Of a DNA stretch of 64,000 nucleotides, positions 58,971 through 64,000 are shown piece after piece. Origin of the DNA: Bacteroidota bacterium. Its GTDB lineage: Bacteria; Bacteroidota; Bacteroidia; Palsa-965. A model generated the notes under the pieces. The model was not told the DNA's origin. It saw nothing but the letters and a program-made list of their open reading frames with translations, and ran no database searches. A program made the position numbers and the translations under genes. Location: positions 272 to 64,271 of the forward strand of contig JAJTEY010000031.1 of the NCBI GenBank assembly GCA_021299855.1, given 5' to 3'. Position 1 is the first letter of the stretch. Every line of letters starts with the position of its first letter.

Positions 58971-60194
58971 ATGAACAGCATCTTTTTCATAGCGCGTCGA
59001 TACCTGTTTTCGAAAAAATCGCACAATGCCATTAACATTGTCACCACAATTTCTGTGGTGTGCGTTACTGTCGTTACAGCAGCGTTGATCATCATCATGT
59101 CGGCCATGAATGGATTATCCAATTTGGTCGAGTCGCTATACAATTCTTTTCACGCTGATGTTCGCATTACACCTGCAGCCGGCAAAACTTTTATTTCCGA
59201 CTCCTTGCAGGTCGCGCAAATCAAGAAGATTCCGGGCGTCGCGTATTACACGGAAATTCTGGATGAAAACGGATTAACGGAAAATGCCGATCGTCAGATG
59301 ATTGTGACCCTGCGTGGTGTAGGCGATGATTACGCAAAAAATAACGGATTCGACACTGTGGTTCGCGATGGTAATTTTGAATTAAAACCACACGGGAGAA
59401 CCGGCGCTATTGTAGGAATGGAAATTGGTGCCAAGCTGCAACTCAATGCGCTGTCGCCGTTGCATATTTATGTTCCTAAACGCGATCGGAATCTGGCTGT
59501 TGATTTGAATAACCTCGATGAAGAACCGTTCAATAAAGATTTGGCTTTAGTCACGGGCATTTACGCCGTAAGCAGCGATTTTGACGGCAAGTACGTCATC
59601 ATGCCGATTGAAAAAGTGCGGGAGTTAATGGTGTACACCAAAGAAAGCAGTTCCGCAGAAATTGGTTTAGCGCCCAATGCAAAACCGGATGATGTGATCG
59701 CAGCAATCAGCAACATTCTCGGACCGAAGTTCAAAGTGGAAGGACGGTACGAACAGAATAAGCTCTTATATCAAACCTTGAAGAGCGAAAAACTCTGGAC
59801 GTTTTTTATTCTGCTGTTCATCTTAACGATAGCCACTTTTAATACGATAGGATCGTTGACGTTGTTAATTATCGAAAAGAAAAAAGACATCGGCATTTTG
59901 TGGAGCATGGGAGCAAGTCGGAAATTTATTCAACGCATTTTCTTCACCGAAGGCATTTACATTTCCTTGTTCGGATTATTGATTGGAACCGTTTTGGGCA
60001 TTGCGATTTGTTATGCACAAGATCAGTTCGGATTAATACGATTCAGCGAAGGGTTTGTGGTAGATGCCTATCCGGTGCAAGTAAAACTTACCGATATATT
60101 ATTGATATCCGGTGCTGTAATGCTCATCGGAATTTTAGCTGCATTGTATCCCGTACGTGTGTACACGAGAAAATACCAGCAGGTGAAATTGTAA
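58971..60194 (+). CDS. FtsX-like ABC transporter permease (LolC/LolE family)
   Basis: FIARRYLFSKKSHNAINIVTTIS N-terminus, a large periplasmic loop, and a C-terminal FtsX 3-TM bundle. Confidence 0.8.
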   Translation: MNSIFFIARRYLFSKKSHNAINIVTTISVVCVTVVTAALIIIMSAMNGLSNLVESLYNSFHADVRITPAAGKTFISDSLQVAQIKKIPGVAYYTEILDENGLTENADRQMIVTLRGVGDDYAKNNGFDTVVRDGNFELKPHGRTGAIVGMEIGAKLQLNALSPLHIYVPKRDRNLAVDLNNLDEEPFNKDLALVTGIYAVSSDFDGKYVIMPIEKVRELMVYTKESSSAEIGLAPNAKPDDVIAAISNILGPKFKVEGRYEQNKLLYQTLKSEKLWTFFILLFILTIATFNTIGSLTLLIIEKKKDIGILWSMGASRKFIQRIFFTEGIYISLFGLLIGTVLGIAICYAQDQFGLIRFSEGFVVDAYPVQVKLTDILLISGAVMLIGILAALYPVRVYTRKYQQVKL

Positions 60195-60205
60195 TTGTCT
60201 TAACG

Positions 60206-61987
60206 CTAGTTTTTCACTAAACGTTGCGTGAACAACACTTTTCCATCTGCAGCTTCGCCACGAATCAAGTACACTCCGTTTTGCAAAGGTTCCGTATTGA
60301 ACCAGAATTGATTCAATCCAGCACGTGCACGATCCTGCAAAAGCAATACCACTTCTTTGCCGTTCATATCATACACCACAATGCGCATGGTAACCGGTTC
60401 GTCAATTCTCGGTGTTGAAGGAACGTTCACATCAGGACTCAACGCCACTTCTCCAATCCACGTTTGATGCAAGTTGTTGGCAGAACCAATCATGCCGTTC
60501 ACCCAGAATGTACCTTGCTGATTGTAGCGACGCTGAATTCCGGAATAATCGCCCCAACGATCCGTTCCGTTCAATACGTTGATGTAACCCAAACCGCGCT
60601 TGATCACCACACGATCCGAATAATTCCCGACGCCATCTGCCACACGAACCGAAAATCCGGGGAACGTATCCTGACTGCTGTGCAAGAACACAATCATTGA
60701 CTTATCATCATTACCATTGTACCCGGCCCACGCGATATTCGGATAACCGTATTCTAACAACGTATCAGTAATTATTGCAGCAGTCACCGCAGGATTTCCA
60801 TTTGGATCATTAATCATACCGTGATACACCGTACAAAAACCTGTGGCTGTATCCAACGTGTTCGACACGAATTGAATTTTATCGTTCTGAATAAACGCGC
60901 CGAGAATTCGCGCGTCATTGGTTTGCAGCAAACCTGTCGCTGTTGGTTGTAAACTGTTGGGCGGAACAATGTATTGCACCGGACTGATCAATGGCGTAAC
61001 TGTAACTTGTTGTCCGGGAGCGTTAATGGAATCGGTGATGTGCACGAGGAAAATGGTGTCATTTCCTAATGTCATGTTGCGGTTCGATAAAAAGTATAGA
61101 CCACGCGCAGACGGCGGTTGATCGCCACCTTCAACAGGACATAAATTACGAATCGGACGACCTCCGTACTGAATTCCGGAATGCAACTGTGAGGACAGTG
61201 AATCGCCTGCATAACCGTCCCACTTGTTGATTTGCCAAATCAACGTTTGTGCAAAACCTGTTTGCCACGGCATATTATCGTACACCAGATTAACGGTGAT
61301 AAAAACTTCTTGTTCGTTTACGGTTAACATCGGATAATCCGTCCATGCTGTATCCGCAAACGGATTTCCCGGCAACTGATACAAATTCCACGCACCGTTT
61401 ACTGTGTCGGTTTTTGAAAATCCAACAATGATTCCTGTTTGACCGGATGAAAATCCCGCAAGGCACAAAAGGATAAAGCGATTCGATTGCGGATCATAAA
61501 TTACTTTCGGATCGTATTTCGTTGCAGGATTTCCTAAACTGCTCGACCAGAATGAAAGTGTTGCAGTGCCCGCTGTGGTGTTGTTCCATGTACGATAACG
61601 GAAAATACTGGAGTTTTGCACCGATGCTAGTGATCCGTTGTTTCCGATAGCAATTTCATTATCGTTCGGGGTGCTGTTGTTGAACAAGTTTCCAGCGAAC
61701 GTTCTACCCACAGTTGGCGCAGGAACCGATGAACTTCTTTGATTGGCAGCGCTTACGGAAGCAACCGTTTTTTTCGGATACAACACTTCCAATGTATCCT
61801 TCACCCGCTGCAACTCCGACTTTCCCGCAACCGCAGGCATTTCCACTACACGCAGCACAGGATTATAATCCGGTGTTGCGGCATTCGGATCGCTCTCGCC
61901 CGCTTTAGGAATTTGTAACGAAGCAGATTGCTGCGCGTACAACACACACATGCTAAACAACGATAAGGCGAGTATAATTTTTTTCAT
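60206..61987 (-). CDS. Secreted protein of unknown function with a T9SS type-A-like C-terminus
   Basis: Signal peptide MKKIILALSLFSMCVLYAQ. No motif recognised except RWGDYSG. C-terminus VVYDMNGKEVVLL...LQNGVYLIRGEAADGKVLFTQRLVKN, which lacks the usual YPNP strand. Confidence 0.6.
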   Translation of the reverse strand: MKKIILALSLFSMCVLYAQQSASLQIPKAGESDPNAATPDYNPVLRVVEMPAVAGKSELQRVKDTLEVLYPKKTVASVSAANQRSSSVPAPTVGRTFAGNLFNNSTPNDNEIAIGNNGSLASVQNSSIFRYRTWNNTTAGTATLSFWSSSLGNPATKYDPKVIYDPQSNRFILLCLAGFSSGQTGIIVGFSKTDTVNGAWNLYQLPGNPFADTAWTDYPMLTVNEQEVFITVNLVYDNMPWQTGFAQTLIWQINKWDGYAGDSLSSQLHSGIQYGGRPIRNLCPVEGGDQPPSARGLYFLSNRNMTLGNDTIFLVHITDSINAPGQQVTVTPLISPVQYIVPPNSLQPTATGLLQTNDARILGAFIQNDKIQFVSNTLDTATGFCTVYHGMINDPNGNPAVTAAIITDTLLEYGYPNIAWAGYNGNDDKSMIVFLHSSQDTFPGFSVRVADGVGNYSDRVVIKRGLGYINVLNGTDRWGDYSGIQRRYNQQGTFWVNGMIGSANNLHQTWIGEVALSPDVNVPSTPRIDEPVTMRIVVYDMNGKEVVLLLQDRARAGLNQFWFNTEPLQNGVYLIRGEAADGKVLFTQRLVKN

Positions 61988-62013
61988 GCCGTAATATTTC
62001 CTTTAAGTTACAG

Positions 62014-62979
62014 TCAATTTCTCAGTTTATCGAAAGCCGACTCATTAATTTCATTCATACAACGAAAATGTCCTTTTGGACAAGTATCAAACCCGATTTT
62101 AGAGCACGGTCGGCACGAAAGATTTTTCACTTCAATTATTTCTGAAGCAGGATCGGGCAAATACGGATACATACCCAATTCAGGAACTGTATTACCCCAA
62201 ACAGAAAATATCTTTTTTCGCAAAGCCGCTGCAATGTGCATCAATCCTGTATCGTGGGCGATAACTACTTCCGACAATTCAATAACAGATGCCGATTGTT
62301 GCAAACTTAATCGACCGCAATAATCTTCAACAGGAACATTAATCAATGATTTAATTTTTACCGCACGTTCTTGATCTTCCTTACCGCCCAATAAAGCGAC
62401 AGGTTTGCCCACATAATTAATGATTGCTGCTAATTTCTCCGCAGGCAATTGTTTCGTCCCGAACTTCGCTCCAACCGTAATAGCAACAAAACCGGATTGC
62501 AATATTACAGGCAAATCAATCTTTGACAGTCGTGAAGCATCATCAACAAAAAAGTCGAGTCCTTTGCCATCGTTGGTAACGCCCAAATGCCGGACCGTTT
62601 CCATGTAACGATCTACAATATGCACATTCGGCATTCGATTCACTTTCAACTGCACGAGCAACCACTTTTCCCAATTGAGTTTGTGGAATGAACGCGAAGG
62701 TTTTCGCAACATCGCTTTTAATTGCAAGGATCTCAAGTTGTGATGCAGGTCGATGATCCATTGGAAATTTTCGGCGCGTAAAGTTTCCTTTAATTCACCA
62801 AGCGAATTTTTAAACGTGTGAATTTGTTTCACGTGGGGATTCGCCGTAAGCAAATTTCGGAAAGCCTCTTTGGTGACAAAATGCACTTCCGCTTGCAATT
62901 GTTCTGCAAGACATCGCACAACGGGCGTAGTCAGGACGATATCGCCTATCGAACTGAAACGTACAACTAGAATTTTCAA
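62014..62979 (-). CDS. Glycosyltransferase family 9 (LPS heptosyltransferase-like)
   Basis: The TTG at 62979 gives (M)KILVVRFSSIGDIVLTTPVVR, the canonical GT9 N-terminus, and a C-terminal HDTGLMHIAAAL. A GTG at 62994 is an alternative start. The ATG at 63048 lies upstream of a terminator hairpin. Confidence 0.8.
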   Translation of the reverse strand: MKILVVRFSSIGDIVLTTPVVRCLAEQLQAEVHFVTKEAFRNLLTANPHVKQIHTFKNSLGELKETLRAENFQWIIDLHHNLRSLQLKAMLRKPSRSFHKLNWEKWLLVQLKVNRMPNVHIVDRYMETVRHLGVTNDGKGLDFFVDDASRLSKIDLPVILQSGFVAITVGAKFGTKQLPAEKLAAIINYVGKPVALLGGKEDQERAVKIKSLINVPVEDYCGRLSLQQSASVIELSEVVIAHDTGLMHIAAALRKKIFSVWGNTVPELGMYPYLPDPASEIIEVKNLSCRPCSKIGFDTCPKGHFRCMNEINESAFDKLRN

Positions 62980-63006
62980 CGGAGCTTTTGCCACAGGATA
63001 AAAATA

Positions 63007-63039
63007 AAAAAGACCGACGAGGGATTCGTCGGTCTTTTT
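63007..63039 (-). terminator. Rho-independent terminator after the lipoprotein gene
   Basis: aaaaagaccgacga pairs with tcgtcggtcttttt (14 bp, loop gggat). On the minus strand it is followed by a TTTTTTATTTTT run. Confidence 0.8.
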
Positions 63040-63055
63040 ATGCATCAAATAAAAA

Positions 63056-63496
63056 TTATTTTGCCATATAGTGGATTTCCTCCAAAGATGAACCCGGAGT
63101 TTTTTCTTTCACCCAGAATTCTTTGTTGGTTAAACGAACGATAACCATTGTGTCAGGAGTAGATCCGGTTTCATTACTTAACGTTTTAAAATCGGCCTTG
63201 TCGTTGACCAATTCCCATGTACCGGCATCAGTATCGCTGCCTAAAGCGTATGTAAAACTTGAAGAGTAAGTTCCGTCTTTTTCCATGGTAATAGTTTCGC
63301 TGGTAACGAATGCACGATAGTCACTAGTCTTATCCACACCGTCAACAAGGAACTTCTCTACACCCCAAGTTCCGGCAATACGTGCCTTCTTGGAAAGTAA
63401 AGTTAAAGATGGACCTTCCTCGTACTTTTTGCAGGAAGTAAGTGTTACACCTCCGATAAACAATGCCGCTACGGCAATTTTTGCGAATGTTTTCAT
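63056..63496 (-). CDS. Hypothetical lipoprotein (lipocalin-like size and beta pattern)
   Basis: Lipobox VTLTSC. 146 aa. Confidence 0.55.
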   Translation of the reverse strand: MKTFAKIAVAALFIGGVTLTSCKKYEEGPSLTLLSKKARIAGTWGVEKFLVDGVDKTSDYRAFVTSETITMEKDGTYSSSFTYALGSDTDAGTWELVNDKADFKTLSNETGSTPDTMVIVRLTNKEFWVKEKTPGSSLEEIHYMAK

Positions 63497-63565
63497 AATG
63501 AGTTTTGATTTTGAGCAACGAAGTTAATACAAATTCCTGTACCAAAATACGGTAACTTCGCGCCA

Positions 63566-64000
63566 ATGAGTACGTTAACAGACACCCACGCCCACTTATA
63601 TTCTTCCAAATTCGATTCAGATCGCGACGCAATGGTTAATCGCGCCATTGCTTTAGGCGTTACCCGAATTTTTCTTCCCGCAATTGACAGCGAATCGCAT
63701 GAACAATTGATTGCATTGGTTAATCAATTCCCGGACAACTGCTTCCCGATGATGGGATTGCATCCGTGTTCCGTAAAACAGGAGGATGTGCAGCAAGAAT
63801 TGGAACAGGTGTATTCATATTTAAAATCGGGGAAGTTTTGCGCCGTTGGTGAAATTGGCATTGACCTGTACTGGGACAAAACCACATTAGCCGTGCAACA
63901 AGAAGCTTTTGCGCAACAAATTGACTGGGCGTTGGAATTCGATTTGCCCATTGCCATTCACAGTCGTGATGCGTTTAATGAATGTTACGACATTGTGAAA
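63566..64000 (+). CDS. TatD-family hydrolase, 3' end cut by the window edge
   Basis: Hand translation from the ATG at 63566 gives MSTLTDTHAHLYSSKFDSDRDAMVNRAI...AVGEIGIDLYWDKT...LPIAIHSRDAF. The frame is open to nt 64000. Confidence 0.8.
   Translation, partial: MSTLTDTHAHLYSSKFDSDRDAMVNRAIALGVTRIFLPAIDSESHEQLIALVNQFPDNCFPMMGLHPCSVKQEDVQQELEQVYSYLKSGKFCAVGEIGIDLYWDKTTLAVQQEAFAQQIDWALEFDLPIAIHSRDAFNECYDIVK

Noticed and set aside
1-64000. Search for CRISPR arrays, tRNA/rRNA genes, transposases, integrases, phage genes and toxin-antitoxin or restriction-type defence genes
   Set aside because: I saw no short direct-repeat/spacer arrays, no tRNA-like T-arm or acceptor patterns in the intergenic regions, and no ORF with recombinase, transposase or nuclease signatures. 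This was a by-eye scan, so small RNAs could have been missed.

Overview
This is a 64-kb chromosomal segment that looks like Bacteroidota, probably Flavobacteriia-like. That placement is an inference from three things: a conserved gene order (murI, skp, skp, bamA, uppS, a beta-barrel gene, nadK, a bamA-like gene, a CBS gene, and divergent pdxJ), the many T9SS C-terminal sorting domains, and TAnnTTTG -7 promoter boxes. Most of the window is tightly packed housekeeping: nadB, an Nfu-type Fe-S scaffold, the envelope-biogenesis cluster, pdxJ, sucA and sucB, tsaB, tcdA, kdsB, hemJ, rbfA, acpH, an FtsX/LolE-like permease and a GT9 heptosyltransferase. I found no rRNA, tRNA, CRISPR array, transposase, integrase or phage gene.

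The accessory content is mainly cell-surface:
- Seven predicted T9SS substrates, four with type A and three with type B (CHU_C) sorting domains.
- A stand-alone gldM-like gene (2642-4021) lying among cargo genes, with no gldK, gldL or gldN in the window. This is my best candidate for something undescribed.
- A four-gene block with gaps of 2 nt or less: CPBP intramembrane protease, M61/PDZ aminopeptidase, LytS-type kinase and LytTR regulator (23709-28279).
- A putative metal-uptake module: a Cys-rich membrane protein, a TonB-dependent receptor and a periplasmic HMA protein. A 12-bp perfect stem ends 1 nt before the receptor start codon.

Two other patterns stand out. Exact TAnnTTTG boxes recur 3-9 nt from start codons, which suggests leaderless or near-leaderless mRNAs. 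Four genes look disrupted: a BamA-like gene, a TonB-receptor-like gene, a CHU_C adhesin and a 3'-truncated cyclophilin. At least one of these breaks (the TonB-receptor-like gene) sits at a homopolymer run, so sequencing error must be excluded first.

All functional calls come from reading motifs in the supplied translations. No database search was possible.
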